Positions 24,611-38,189 of a DNA stretch of 64,000 nucleotides are shown piece after piece (within the stretch, counting starts at the first letter, position 1; the number at the start of each line of letters is the position of its first letter). The stretch is taken from positions 10,046,001 to 10,110,000 of the forward strand of contig CM052816.1 of assembly GCA_028534125.1 (NCBI GenBank), given 5' to 3'. The translations under genes were made by a program, and so were the position numbers. The notes beneath the pieces were generated by a model. It saw only the letters and a program-made list of their open reading frames with translations, ran no database searches and was not told the origin of the DNA. Source of the stretch: Lama glama. Taxonomy: Eukaryota.

Positions 24611-27600
24611 TCAGCAGGCAGAGCTGTCAGACAGGTGTAAGAATTTGCTCTCTCTCCTCCATCTCACCACCAGTTTGCATTCACACAAGTAATGTGCAAG
24701 AGTTCTATTTTTACATAACCTCATCAACAGAAGCTGTTTTCAACATAATCTGATTTTATAAGACAGTTTCCTATGGTTTGTTCTAGTCATAAAAGCCAGA
24801 TTCACACGGTTCTGGGAAGGGGCATTTGTTCCCTGTGCCACTTCAAAGTGTATGCTGTATCCCAGCCTGGGGACACAGGGTGATTGGATGTCTCCAAAGG
24901 GCACCCATCAGTGTGACCGTCTGTGGCTGAAGTTCTGCCTGCAGCTCTCAGTAGAAGGCAGGCTAGGTATTTCTCAGTCATCCCTGTCCACCTGCTCCCT
25001 TGTGTGTGTGTGACACAGTAAGCATGATCACAAATCACAGGAAATGCACAGAACCCTGACTCAAAGGCTAGTCCCTGATATTAGACTTGGACTATTTAGA
25101 TTCCTGCTAATTCTGGAGTCTTCAGGGGTATCTCAGTGGAAAAAAAAATCCTCTCTTTTGACTTTAAAGGCTACATATAAAAACTGGCTACAAAGACAAT
25201 TAAGAGCAAAATGGAATATTGGGGAGACAGGTATAAGTCATAAAGCAAAGCATTCCATTTCTGCTCTTGGGCCTGCCCTCAATGCTAAGATTCTTGGCCA
25301 TAGTGGAAAGTGACTGAGAGCAGAAACAGGATAAAAGTGTTAACATGAAGCTCTATTCCACCTGTTTTGCCATAGCAAATTTGTTCACCAAAGTATACAT
25401 ATGAAAACCAACCTTGGGATATTTAACAGCATAAGATATGAGATGTACCCATGACTGCCCCACAGCTTAAATGAGGTCCTGCCAGAAGGAATGACTGGAA
25501 AAATGGCTTGAAGGCTAGACTTGACAAGTTCTGGGCATGGTCCTGGGAGGTGAGAGATTCAATGTTCTATCGATGAATTTTTAATCAAGCCAAGACTGGA
25601 GGAAGAGTTAAGTGAGATGTGTTCTAAAGGCTTTTCACTGGAAAAGGAAAGTACAATTCTTGTACTTTTTGCAACTGTATTTCCCATGCACAGCTACAAA
25701 GACTGAGAGTTTTGCAGGGACAGTCATGGACTCATTCTCCTATTGAGGGGCCGAGGTAGAGGGGAGATGTCCATACTAAATAAACACTAGGAATGTTGGT
25801 GACGCATCACTCAAATACTTGTTAAAGCAAATGGAAAGAAACAGCATCAGGGTTCCCCTTCAAGTTTCGATCTCTCAGACTAGGTTCTGAACAAAGAAAT
25901 TACTATCATGTACTTGGAATTGTTAGTCTCAGTTATCTTTATTTTCTCATCCTCTGTTTTATACATGAATCTCTGACCTGAAAATCGGGTGCCGAATGGA
26001 GGAAAGTAAGAGAATTGAGGACATTGCTTCACAATTCTGTGATATATTAGCTAAAGCTTAGATGAAAGAAATGTGGAAAGCCCAGGAGATGTGAGTAGGC
26101 AAAGTATGAAGCTGCTTTTCCTTTGTCTCAGGCCATCTGCTTCTAAAATCCTATTTACAGAGCCTTACCCAGGTTGATCTGAGAAACTGAGGCTCAAAAA
26201 CTAAATTTAATATCTACTACAGGCTTTGGTTCAAGAGACGGAAAAGATAGTCATTACGACCTACAAAAGACCAGGACTTTGACTTAGTCTAACTAGATCA
26301 CAGAAGCCACAATAAGGCATCAAATGTTGTTTCTAGGCTTGGTATCTCATACTGAGGTCTGGGACCTCCATTAGGAAGGTATGTGAAATAAGCCTGCTCT
26401 TGTTCTATAATATTTCCATACAGATCTGTATATAAAGTCAGATAGGACATTTTCCGGAAAATTCTGGAAAAATTGGACATGACATGATTCACAGCACTTT
26501 GCCCTTCCTCTTTGACATCCCCATGCTATTGTACATTAGAGCCAAAATAGAAGTGGTTGGAAAAATGGAGGAAACCTTAGGCACTCCATCACCTCTGATA
26601 CACTGTGGATTTTTTAATCCTACTAATTATGTATTAAAACAGATAGTCATTAGTCATTGCACTGTATCAAAAAAAAAAAAGGATACAGATCTAGTCTCAA
26701 TTATGAAGGGCAAACAAATCTTTAGAGTTACAGAGGGGTTTGCCTGAAGCACAGCATGCCCCATCTCCTTTTGCTCTTGTGTTTAAAAATTGTTCCCAGT
26801 TCCAGAGGCAGATTGCAGCTTGCTGGGAACCTAGGGGTCGTGAAGCACTGTGACCTCCTGCCTGGACCTCCAGTTATTCAGTGACCGAAGATAAAATAAA
26901 GAAGGCTTGGAGATTGCACTGTTTGGAGGTTTAGAAAGAATGGACATTTTTCTCACTCACTGTTAACTTGCTCCTGATGCAGTGACTTTTAAAGTCTCAC
27001 TTAGGACAACAGAGTCACCTGAAAGGGGAGGTTAAATTCACTACCATGGCGTTCTTACATCTCAGGCTTCTCAGGGGATGAGAGTCTGATCTAATACAGT
27101 ACCGTCTGGGATTCTACCACTAATACTTCACTCTCATGTTGAAGGCAAAACATCCCAAACTCTGGAGAAGGCCCTGGCCCAATTTCCCACATTACAACAT
27201 TAAGTCTAAATTTGCCTGGTGTTGGGATGATGTAATGACCCTAATTCATTGACTCTCTGCATTGCCCAGAAGCACAGCTATAACTCTATAGGGAACTGTG
27301 GCTACATGGTGTTAGGCTTTCTAAGAAGAGTTTCATTTGAAGGGGACGCTAAAGAAGTAGGGTCCACAGAGTTTACAGAGTGAGCAGAAGGAGAGGCGTG
27401 AAGTCCTTTCTCGGGGCTGAATGTCTCATCCTGGCACTGGGCTGTTGAGGCTTCCACCAGACACTAGATAAATCAAGGGAAACTCATGAAACAGAATTTC
27501 CTCTCTTCTCGTGCTTCCAAGAAATTCTCTTTCATAAAGACAAGCAGTGAGAGTCTCAGTGAATTTGGGCACGAGCAAATTGTGCAAATAAAAGTGTCTG

Positions 27601-28465
27601 TATTTTCTGTCCTGTACTCTGGTGTGGAGACAGCAAAGCATGAAGTCAGACATCTGACAGTGATGTAGCATGGTGCTGCACTGCGTTTCTGTAGCTCACT
27701 CTCTGTTTACTTGACTGAAAGGGAGATATAGGAGACTGGAGAAGGAACCTAAAAATAACTGTTGTTGTGTAACCAAAATATCCTGACCCCTAATTTGTCT
27801 GGGTGAACGAACGAGCCCCAACCTACTCACACTGGAAGGTCACATTCCTGCCAAATACTCCCTGTGCCCTCCGCATCCTCTGCTTCAGTAGTTCTCTGAA
27901 AGCCCCCAAGGGGGTTAGTATGTGAGTTCAAGAATCAGCACGGCAGCCTCCAGTCTTTGCTTCCCAGGACCAGGCCTTCCTCAGGGCCAGTAGACATGCA
28001 GACCCCGCTGCTTCCGGATGCCCCGCGCACATGGTCTCCTGTGCTTCTACACTCTGCACAAGCCCCGGTCTCCTCCACGCACAGGAGCTGACCAGTTCAC
28101 CCTGCCCACGGATGCCCTCCCTCCTTGTCAGGCAGGCGTGCTTGGCAAGGTGAGGAAAAGTCACTCTCAGCTCCATCTTTTGAGGAAGGAGAAAGCTCTT
28201 TCCCTTTACGTAAAGCTTTTTGAGTGAGATGAGAATAATTCTCTGCCTTCTTTCGAGTTGTCCAAGCAGGACTGCTTGGGCCCCCGTGTGTCATGGTGGT
28301 GAGTAGCAGGGCTCTCAGTGTCCACACAGAGCACAGCACGTCCAACGCCCGCCAGTGTGATGGGTCAAGATGATCCAAGCACCAGCGCCACAGTCTGCTG
28401 AAAACATTGTTTTCATCCATTCTCCTTTTTTTCCCCTCTATTTTCTGTTATTTATCTCTGCCATA

Positions 28466-28469
28466 ATTT

Positions 28470-28526
<57 letters not shown>

Positions 28527-28530
28527 AAAT
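28466..28530. repeat. Palindromic compound microsatellite ATTTT(GT)12A-tatat-T(AC)12AAAAT
   Basis: Perfect 30-bp inverted arms around a 5-nt spacer. Confidence 0.95.
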
Positions 28531-28774
28531 ACATATATTTTGACATATAGTCAGTTTACAATGCTGTGTCAATTTCTGGTGTACAGCATAATCCTTCAGT
28601 CATACATGAACATACGTATATTCATTTTCATATTCTTTTTCACCATAAATTACTACAAGATACTGAATATAGTTCCCTGTGCTATACAGTACAAACTTAT
28701 TGTTTATCTATTTTATGTATAGCAGTTAGTATCTGCAAATCTCGAACTCCCAGTTTATTCCTTCCCATCCCCTT
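28467..28774 (-). mobile_element. 5'-truncated young L1 3' end, with a microsatellite in its tail and a perfect 12-bp TSD
   Basis: L1 3' UTR reverse strand (tagtcagtttacaatg...gttccctgtgctatacag). TSD TCTCTGCCATAA at 28455-28466 and 28775-28786. Confidence 0.9.
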
Positions 28775-28835
28775 TCTCTGCCATAAATATTGTTGTAAAA
28801 TGGGAGGGTATTGTGAGAGATGAAGACATTGCATG

Positions 28836-29333
28836 TGTCGACTGAAATAAATGCACAGCCTAAAAATTGGGAGGTATGTTCTATTTGGCGGGCATTTCTG
28901 AGGACTCAAGCCCCTTCGAGCCCAGGATGACAGACAGCCTCTCATCTCTCTGAGGGACTGCTCCAAAGAGGTAGGGGAGGAGCTAGGATATATAGGAGTT
29001 TTACAGCAAAGACCAGGAAGTTGGAACATTAAAAGATTACTTGTTAAATAAAGAAAACCAGGCATCTCAAGTCAGAATTTAGTGCTTTTCTATGTGTGGG
29101 AGGAAACAAACATTTGAGCTCATTGAATTTATTCCTTTGACCAGCACCTAGCTATCTAGGGCCAGTATCCTGTCCTTTCTTATTCTGAGTGCCCTCAGGG
29201 TGCACCATTGAGAGAGGCTGCAGAGGCCGGGCTGCAGGTTTGTCCTCACTAGAGGGTGGCAGCAGCCACGGATGACTTGATGGTTTCAGCATTCTTTATT
29301 TACTGATATGGTTTGCAGAATTTTTCATTCACA
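28836..29333 (-). mobile_element. Solo ERV1 LTR, MER41-like cetartiodactyl family (498 bp)
   Basis: TG...CA termini with perfect TSD CATG (28832-28835 and 29334-29337); homologous to the reverse complement of 33962-34460. Confidence 0.88.
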
Positions 29334-30004
29334 CATGAAATGAGATCCCTCAGATTTTGGGCATGTTGTGATTCACTGGATGAAATTTAAAAATTATCTG
29401 ACAAGACCAAGGACATTTAGGAGAAAGGACACGAAACTCCATTTCTCCAGACCCTTGTGCCCTCATCATCCTGTGTAAGGTCTCTCCCAGGAACAAGAGA
29501 AGAGATTAATATTCATTCTATCTGTTGATTCAGGTGGTAAAAGGCCTGGCTGTTATGACCTACAAAAGATCAACCACTAGCTTAGTTTATTCATGGTCAT
29601 AAAGATCAACCCTGTGCATAAAATGTGCATCTCAAAGCTTGAAGCTCCAGCTGACTGCATAAGAAAAATCACTTTGTCCTTTCATTTGTATATTTTCTAT
29701 AAATATCTAGCTTCGCTAATGCTCTTTAGGCCAGTTTTAACAGGTCACAGGACCTCCGGTTAAATAAAGAAATAATAAATAACCAACACCATTGATGTGT
29801 GCACTTTGCATTTGCCTAAGGGTCCTGATTCTACCATTTTGAAAATTAAACTTCCATGAGAGTTGAGTTTACAGATTTACTTGAGAGATGGATTGGAGTT
29901 TCGTTAAGAATTGAGAAATTTATTAGAAGGAGAACTAGATGCCGGGAAAAGAGAAGGAATTTGGACTTAGGTTTAAAAAAAGAGGTTTAATAGAGTTAAA
30001 ATGT

Positions 30005-30141
30005 CTTGTAGTAACTTATGGTGAAAAAGAATATGAGACGAATATATGTATGTTCCTCCATGACTGAAGTATTGTTCTGTACACCAGAAATTGACACAAC
30101 ATTGTAAACTGACTATACTTCAATAAAAATGTATTTTTAAA
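30005..30141 (+). mobile_element. Short L1 3' end
   Basis: gtacaccagaaattgacacaacattgtaaactgactatacttcaataaaaa; probable TSD aatagagttaaaa / aatagaattaaaa. Confidence 0.85.
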
Positions 30142-31657
30142 AATAGAATTAAAAAGAGGAAAACTGCTTTCTTGAAATTTCATTCCCCTCTCTGGGTTTG
30201 GTCCAGCCTTCCTTCCATCATCCCTGTTCAGAATCAAACCCTCTTGGTCCACAGCAGTGGTCTCCAGCTTGCAGGAAAGACCTTTCAGCTTGTAGCAGGA
30301 GCTAGAGCCAGAGACACATTAAGCTGGAGTGCCCCGGGGAGAGGCAGTGGGCAGACGCAAGAGATCTCCAGGATTTCCTGGCAGAATCTTGTTGTTCTTG
30401 GTGGGGAGAGAAAAACCCCATGAAACTCAAATTTCTTCATTGTGCATTTTTTTTCTAGCATGGAAGTGTTGGCAAGCTCCAGGCTCCCAATTTCACACTT
30501 CAGATCAAATATAAGAAAAAAATCAAATAGTAATAAAATGTAAATGCAGGAATTAATATTTAAAGAAAGTTGTCTCATAAATATGTGAGACAGAGCATGA
30601 AATCTATAAGTTCTACTTTTAGACAAAGCTTTTCTCTCTTCATTCCCTCTGCACCTGGCCTGCCAGAGGAAAATAAGGACTCAGCCATTTAAAGGATCTA
30701 AGAAATAATATGGGGATCTTGAGGTAGGAGGTATTAGGGAAATTGTTCAAAAATTGAGGGGCTGAAAGGAAAAGGTTGGTGCTTGAAAAGCTGTAATAAG
30801 AAGGGTTCAGCTCTGGGGGAGGAGATGACAGGACAGCTGGAACTCATAGAGATCCTTCCACCTGCCAGGCATGTGCTAAGGTTTTTACAAACATAATTCA
30901 TTTAGACCTCCATTTAGTAAGCAAAGGCAATTTTCACCCTGGCTTCATAGACGAGGCACTGGAACTAAGAGAAGACATGGTTTCAAGGTCTCATCGTTAG
31001 AAAGAGGTCGAATCAAGACTGTAAGCCAGGAAGAAGTCAAACTGGTTATGGAAGAGAATGTGGTTTAGGGTGCTCTGAGCAGAGGAAGGCCACTTCCTGC
31101 TGGCAGTCCCCTTCTCAAGGCTTGGGGATTTTCTGAGTCAAAACCATGGGGTCCTTCCAGGCCTCGTCTATCCCTTCCAGCCAAGTTGCTTCCACTGTAG
31201 TTGTATCAGCTTAGTGATGATTTGCCCAATGAACCAACTGGTCATTAGCACCTAATTCTCAAGAGCACTAGGCTTGGGGAGGGAGGAGGGACCCCTGAAA
31301 GTTGGGCACTTGGATCTCCTTCAAGTTTCCCCACACTCTTTCAGAGCCAGAGCCCTGAGGCCTTTCATCCCCACAGAAAATAAAACCCAAGCCTCTTCCA
31401 TTTCTTCAAAGTGGAAGAGTTAATTGCTTCTTAGGAGTGGTCTTTGATATTTACCTCTTTCTCAGCCCCAGCTGCCAGTCCATCAGCAAGTCCTCACAGT
31501 GCCCTCTCTAAAATGTATTCATTTGACGTAGTCGAATTTTCTCCGTATCCACTGCCCCCACCCTTATCTAACCCCCATCATCTCTAGCCTAGGTGACCAC
31601 AGCATCCTAACTACATCCACTTTTGCCCACCACAAATTCATTCCCCACAATACTTTA

Positions 31658-32279
31658 TTCTTTTTTTTTATTGAATTACAGTCAATTTACAATGTGTCAA
31701 TTTCTGGTGTGCAGCATAGTGATTCATATATATCTATATGAATTCCCTTTCATATTCTTTTTCATTATAGGCCATTATAAGGTATTGAATGTAGTTCCCT
31801 GTGCTATACAGTAAGACTTTGTTGTTTATCTATTTTATATATAGTAGTTAGTATCTGGAAATCCCAAACTCCCAGTTTATCCCTCTCCACTGTCTTTTCC
31901 CCACTGGCAACTGTAAGTTTGTTTTCTATGTATGTGAGTCTGTCTCTGTTTTGTAAATAAGTTCTTTTGTGTCGTTTTTTTAGATTCCACATATGAGCGA
32001 TCTCATATGGCATTTTTCTTTCTCTTTCTGGCTTACTTCACTTAGTATGACAATCTCCAGGTACATCCATGTTGCTGCAAATGGCATTATTTTACTCTTT
32101 TTTTGGCTGAGCAGTATTTTATTGCATACATATACATACCGTAACTTCTTTATCCAGTCTTCTGTCGATGGACATTTAGGTTGTTTCCATGTCTTGGCTA
32201 TTGTAAATAGTGCTGTTATGAACACTGGGCTGCAGGTGTCATTTTGAATTAATTTCCTCTGGATGTATGTCCAGGAGTG
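31658..32279 (-). mobile_element. 5'-truncated L1 (ORF2 C-terminus plus 3' UTR) inserted in an L2 fragment
   Basis: ORF 31980-32282 translates to the L1 ORF2 C-terminus (FITALFTIAKTWKQPKCPSTEDWIKK...FAATWMYLEIVILSEVSQ). Poly-T tail at about 31661; degenerate TSD cattccccacaatacttta / catttcccatgatgcctta. Confidence 0.93.
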
Positions 32280-33961
32280 CATTTCCCATGATGCCTTAAA
32301 CCAAGTTTAAACTCTTTGGTGATGCTTCATTGCATTTAAGAAAAACTCCAATTGCTTGATATTGGGCTGCAAGGTGCTGCGTAATTGATTCCTGCCCACC
32401 TTCTCAACTTCCCCTCATGCTTCTTTACCCCATGGTCACCATATCCAGCTGTTCTGACCTTCAGAAAAATTCCTCCTCCTTGGTTTTTCCTCTCCTCAGA
32501 ACTCATCCTTCCATCAGAAACTCTCTTTCCTTTGCTCTTACAGGACTGGCCTGATCCTACTTCATCTCTCATACTTTCAGTGTCACCCCACAGTGAGTCA
32601 TTCCCTCTCTCCCCACCTCCTGTCCTCATCTTCCTTGGCACTTGTGAAGATGTGCTATTGTTTTAGCAGTTTGTTTTCTTGTTTTTTGGCCTCCCCACCC
32701 ACTAGACTCTAAGCTCCACCAGGACCAGAACTAAGTCTGTTTTGTTCACTGCAGGATGTGTGTGCTTACTGGACCTCCTGGCTCACGTCCTCTACTCTGA
32801 GTGCTGTAAGTCATAAAACACTGTGAGTTCCTAAGCTCTGTAAAAATCGTGACAATTATGGTGCCTCCCACAGTGAAAACCATATGAAAATTAAAACTTG
32901 CACGTATACCAAAATTAAACTAGCTTATTTATAGTTTTTCTGATTACAAAATTTTGGAAAAGTTCATGGAAACAGAGCTTTTCCCATTTCTTTAGTGTCC
33001 TTGATTTGCTGGTCACCTAGGCCCACGTGCTGTCTGCCTTTGGGTAATATGCAATTGCCCGGGACCTGAAAGGAAAAACTGCTTCTTGTTTCAACATCAG
33101 AGCAAAGGTGGTCTTATCACGTAAATCTGACTTAATAAATCTGTAATGGAGCAGTGGTCACTGTTCACATTACACCTCTTTTTCCACCGTTAAGAACAAC
33201 AATTAATCTTTTGGCTTCTCTTCATGCTTTCTCATCCCACACAGCCTATCAGCTCCTTAGCTACTGACAAACTCTAATCCGGCAAATAAATTAACAGAGG
33301 GAAAACAGGGAGGAGAGAACTTGGTCGATTATGTGTTAGGAGGAAGAGGAGACAGATTCTTTCAAAAAAAACACACGCGTGGCACACAGTGTGCACAGGT
33401 GCCACACTAGGTGTGAGCATCGAACAAAAACTGAGTAGCGTGCCACGTTCATCCACACCTCTGGACCAGCATACATTTCCTTCCCTTTGTCTGAAAACAC
33501 CTGCCCCCACCCTTCTCTGCAGTTCCACCAGTAGTAGCTCAAACTCAATTATACTCCCCTCCTTTACATGCTTTCAGAGCTGCCCGTAGTTCTCCGTCGT
33601 AGCCTCAGTGTCTTTCATTTAAGTAATTATGTGGCCCCTCTTTCCTTTGAGATTATAAACTCCGCGAAGAGAATTTACATGTTACCTTATTCACAGCTAC
33701 GTCTCTGGTACCTAGTACAGCACACAGGAGCAGCTAGCAATAAGTATCTGTTATATTAATGCATCAGTAAATGAATGGATGAACAGTATCCCTGACCTCA
33801 CAGCGTGTACAGTCAAGTAGGAGAAAAAGACAAAAAAGTATTTACCATTCAACAACGTGAGTGTAGTAAAAAAAAAAGATGTGACAAGGAACAATGGGTC
33901 ACTCAGTTCTAATGCGAATTTGATGCTAATCTGGTATCAGTGACGAGCCCCCTGAAGGAGA

Positions 33962-34460
33962 TGTGAATGAACAATACTGCTTGCCATATCAGTAAACAAA
34001 GGATTCTGTGGCCATCCAGTCACTGGCTACCTCTGACAGTGAGCAGAGGGAACTCAGGATGGAGACAAGTAGGCAGTCTGGCCTCTGCACCCACCCCCAA
34101 TGGTGCACCGGAGGGAACTCAGGATGGGAAGAACAGGACACTGGCCCTAGATAGCTAAGGTGCTACCAGAGGAATGATTTCAGTGAGCCCAGGCTTTTCA
34201 ACCTTCCCACACATAGAGAAGCACTTAATCCATTAACTTGTAATATCTGGTTTTCTTTAATTAACAGTAATCTTTTTGATGTTTTGATTACCTGGTCACT
34301 GTTGCAAAAACTCATATATATCCTGGCTTCTCCCCTGCCCCTTCAGAGCAGTCTCTTAGAGCTATCTGAAAGGCCACCTCCTGGGCTCGAGTCCTCAGAA
34401 AGTCTGCTGAATAAAACATGACTCTCAATTTTTAGGTTGTGCATATTTTTTCAGTCAACA
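33962..34460 (+). mobile_element. Solo ERV1 LTR, same MER41-like family as 28836-29333
   Basis: TGTGAATGAA...CAGTCAACA termini; TATATA box near 34316; AATAAA near 34410. No clean TSD. Confidence 0.85.
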
Positions 34461-35479
34461 GTTTTGATGGATAAATCTTGAAGGCTGAATAATCGGGTCA
34501 AAGGAGGGGCTTCCAGAGGACACAGGGTGAGCAAATGCAGAAGTGTCCACCTGTTATGTAGGGAGTCATCCAAGGGTGGTTGGCCCTAGGAGTACAGCGT
34601 TCGGGGGGAGTTCTTTTAATACCCTTGCTTCCTGCTAGTGATGATAAAGGACGTGCACTGAGGTCAGAATGATACCCTTACTCTCAATAACCTCAAGAAG
34701 ATCCTGACTGCTTACATTTAATGTTCTCTGTAAATAGACAGTATGTTAATAACCTCTTGCAGAGTAGACAGGGAATAAACAACAGCCACTTCTGACTCTA
34801 ATCCCTCATTTTTTGCCCCCTTTTGGGGGGGAAGTCAGGACATTGGCCTACCTCTGATATAAACATCTCCAGAATTCCTCGTAGTCTGCTGGTGGCTGGT
34901 CTGCTGTTATAACAGCAAGTTCTTAGAATAATCCGGAGTGGTCTGAGTGTTCCGTAAACACCCACAGTTCATAGTGCTATGCCTACCCCTGGTTATTAAA
35001 AATTATATTGATATTAGTCAACATTATTTATTTATTACATGCTGGCTCTTTGCACACATGATCTTTGATCAGTTCAAAGAAACTGAGGCACAGAGAAATT
35101 CAGCAACTTGCCCAAGGTCACTCAGAAAAAATAAAAATGGTAAAGCATGGCCTCAATCCAGGTAGCCTGTCTCCAGAGCCCACACTTTGTAGCTTCCTCC
35201 CATTATGCTGTGGTTTCTCCTGAAAATTTAATGTGGCTTTTGGAGCCAAAACCCTGTACTTTTTCAGACATCTCATAGAATTCAGGAGTCAGATTTGGAG
35301 AGGTCCCAGGAAAGGTGAACAATATAGTCACTATTAGCCTTTCTAGAGAAGATACTCTTAGACCAAAATCAGAGTTTCCCAAAGACTACCAGCAACATGC
35401 TAGATGACTCTGAATATGCATGGGCAAATGTTTCCACTTTAATAGCTATAGATTTTTTTTCGCCTCTTTTATTTATTAT

Positions 35480-35585
35480 TTTTTTTCTTTTTATTGAAGT
35501 ACAGTCAATTACAATGCGTTGATTTCTGGGGTACAGCACAATGTCCCAGTCATGCATACACATACCTGTATTTGTTTTCATGTGT
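35480..35585 (-). mobile_element. Short L1 3' end
   Basis: Poly-T followed by ttattgaagtacagtcaattacaatg...gtacagcacaatgtcccagtcatgcatac. Confidence 0.8.
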
Positions 35586-36819
35586 TTTAGGCTTTACAGG
35601 TATGCATTAGATATGTATTATGTTAATATGTATGTATGCTAAAAAGATAATTACTGCAACTATTTACTCTTAATTTCTAGGAATATTGAAAATATTTCTC
35701 TCGACGAATATTCTCTGGACAAATAATGTCCTAGTAATAACTTTTATAGCTGTGATTTGATGCAGAAGTTGTTGATATTCTATTTAATTGCTGGTTTGTT
35801 CACTCAACAAATATTTATTGAGCATCTAAGATGGGTCAGGTACAGTTCACAAATAAACATTCCTGCCCTTTCATAGCTTACATTCTAGTGGGGAGAAACA
35901 TAAAAATTTCAAGCGCAAGTAAATAACCTAGTTTATGAGAAGACAAGAGATACTATGGAAAAATAGAGCATGGTAAGAGAGGAAATGGAAATAGATGGAA
36001 TGAAATTTTAAATCTTATTTTTTTAACTAAAAATTATTATAGATAAATTTGAAGTCTCTGTTTAACTAAAAAAGAAAGAGAAAAGTATTGTTCTGCATGA
36101 AGTTCCTTTCTCTGGGAACATTCTCTTTACCAAGCCTAATTTCATTAATGTTCTACTGCAAATAAAGTAAATACAAAGAAATACCACATAATTAAATATC
36201 TAAAGAAAACTATTATTAAATAATGGTGACAGTGCTGCAGAGATATGGCAAAGAAAAGGAAGAGTACTATTTGAACGGTTAAATTAGGGAGTTGTTTAAA
36301 GAGAGAACACCAAACACTTTTCTCTCCTCCAGTTGACTCTGTCTGTGTTGACAGGAGGAGAGAAAACTAGAACCACTCACCCCAGCCAAGTCCGCTCAGG
36401 ATGAAACGCTTCCTCTCAAGGCCCGTGAGGAGGATTCTGTCACCTATAGCTTTTCCTCTATGCTTGGTTACATGACCATTTTTGTGGAGACAGCAGAAGA
36501 TGAAATACAGAGAACGCAAAAGAAGCTAGACTATCACCGCCCATTCCTTTATGTTACACGACTACACCTACATGACGCTGACGTGGAGGTGCGTGTAGAC
36601 TGTGTGATTGTTCAGATGCTGGTGGGAGGCAGGGGCACTAGGCACACAGAGCAGGATGCAGGCGTCCCCTGGGAGAGGACTCAACGCCAAGGGCTGAGGA
36701 TGAGTTGCAACCCCTTTCTTTGACCAGTTCTATTAGAATGAGGCCTTGGCATCAAGTGTGAGCCCATGCAGGAAAAAGTCCTCTCACATTTTCATGGTAA
36801 TGACTTAAGAATGTGTAAC

Positions 36820-37050
36820 ACAATCACAGCTAACATTTATTGAACACTTACTATGTGCTGGACACTGTGCTAATGCTCTGCTTGCATCATCCTATTTCAT
36901 CGTATTTGATTTTCACAATGACTCTGTGAGGTTCTCTGATTCTTTCCATTTCACAGAGAAAAAAACATAGCTTCAGGGAAGTTAATTAACATGTCCCCAG
37001 TTATACCTGGAGCAAATCAAGCTCAGGCTGTCTGACTCTGAACTCTGTAC
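36820..37050 (-). mobile_element. MIR SINE
   Basis: agctaacatttattgaacacttactatgtgctggacactgtgcta...ccatttcacagagaa...ggctgtctgactc. Confidence 0.75.
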
Positions 37051-37302
37051 TTACCCTATTTGAATCTGTAAATAACCCAATGGGTTGAGAAGAATGAGGA
37101 TCTTGGGTCCATGAAGGAGTGGCAGAAAATGTAATGGTCAGGAGAGCAAATGCTGATGTTCAAAGCATCAGAATTTTAATTCTGGCTCTGCCATGTTTAA
37201 GCTATGTGGACTTGAGAAATTTATTTAATTCCTTTAAGACTTACAACATATGCAATTATCACATTTTAGAGAAACTTTAATCTCTCAGGGCCTCGCTGTC
37301 TT

Positions 37303-37358
37303 TGTCATCATTGTCATTGCCATCATCACCATCACTATCACCATCATCATAGCTATCA
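37303..37358. repeat. Degenerate (CAT/TCA)n trinucleotide repeat
   Basis: tgtcatcattgtcattgccatcatcaccatcactatcaccatcatcatagctatcat. Confidence 0.8.
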
Positions 37359-38189
37359 TGTCTTAAGTGGCTTCTCACCTGAATTTTTTCCTGTGTCTGA
37401 AATTGCCATGCTGTTCCTTTAGTCCCTAGGATTAAGAAGTGGCTACAATGTACTATCACCACTACTAATAATAGTAGTTAAGAGTAAACATTTATTGTAT
37501 GCTAACTGCATGCCAAGTGCTTTTAATGCATTATCTCATTCGATCTTTACAACGACTGCCTGAGATAAACACTATTGTCATTTATAATTTATAGTCAGAA
37601 ACAGAACTTATCAAGAACTCAATACTGCTGGTTTCACATCCTTTTTTCCTACCTACCATCCTGACTACCAGCTGGCTTGGGGTCTCCTACAGGGCATTCA
37701 TGAAATGGCATAGAATTTCCTGCAGAAAACTGAACACTCCGGGAGTTTGACACTAGAAAGATTTGGAACTCAAGGAATTTCTCTTTCCTCTGTTCCAGCT
37801 TCCTTTTCCACAGAGGAGTGCCAAACAACTCTAGTCTTCTTCAGAGCGGGAGCTGGAAAAGCAGTAAGTAAAACCAAGTGACTCACCTGAGAAAAACAAG
37901 CACAGAGTAGAGCCAAGGAATCAGACTGACTCTCTTTATTGTGAAGTCCAGCTACTCATTTCCCTTGTTAACAACCTTGTGTGGCACTGAGTAAAAGATG
38001 CTATAAAGGACAAACATAAATGGAGTGATAATAATCTATTACACGACATAACTTTCTCCATATTTGTTATTAGTTTTTCTGATTGCAAATTTAATACATT
38101 GTATTGGGAAACCATAGAAAATGAACACAATAGTTAATGTTCTGTTAATGTTCTGTATGGTTCAGTCTAGATTTTGATTAAATTGGAAT

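Noticed and set aside
31980..32282. ORF with a recognisable protein sequence
   Set aside because: Fragment of L1 ORF2 in a 5'-truncated dead copy, not a host gene. The same applies to 55902-56084 and the antisense ORFs at 55819-56679.
28836..34460. Two related LTRs as the ends of a single provirus
   Set aside because: They are in opposite orientation and diverged, the first has its own TSD, and the DNA between them is L1, L2 and MIR and not ERV internal sequence.
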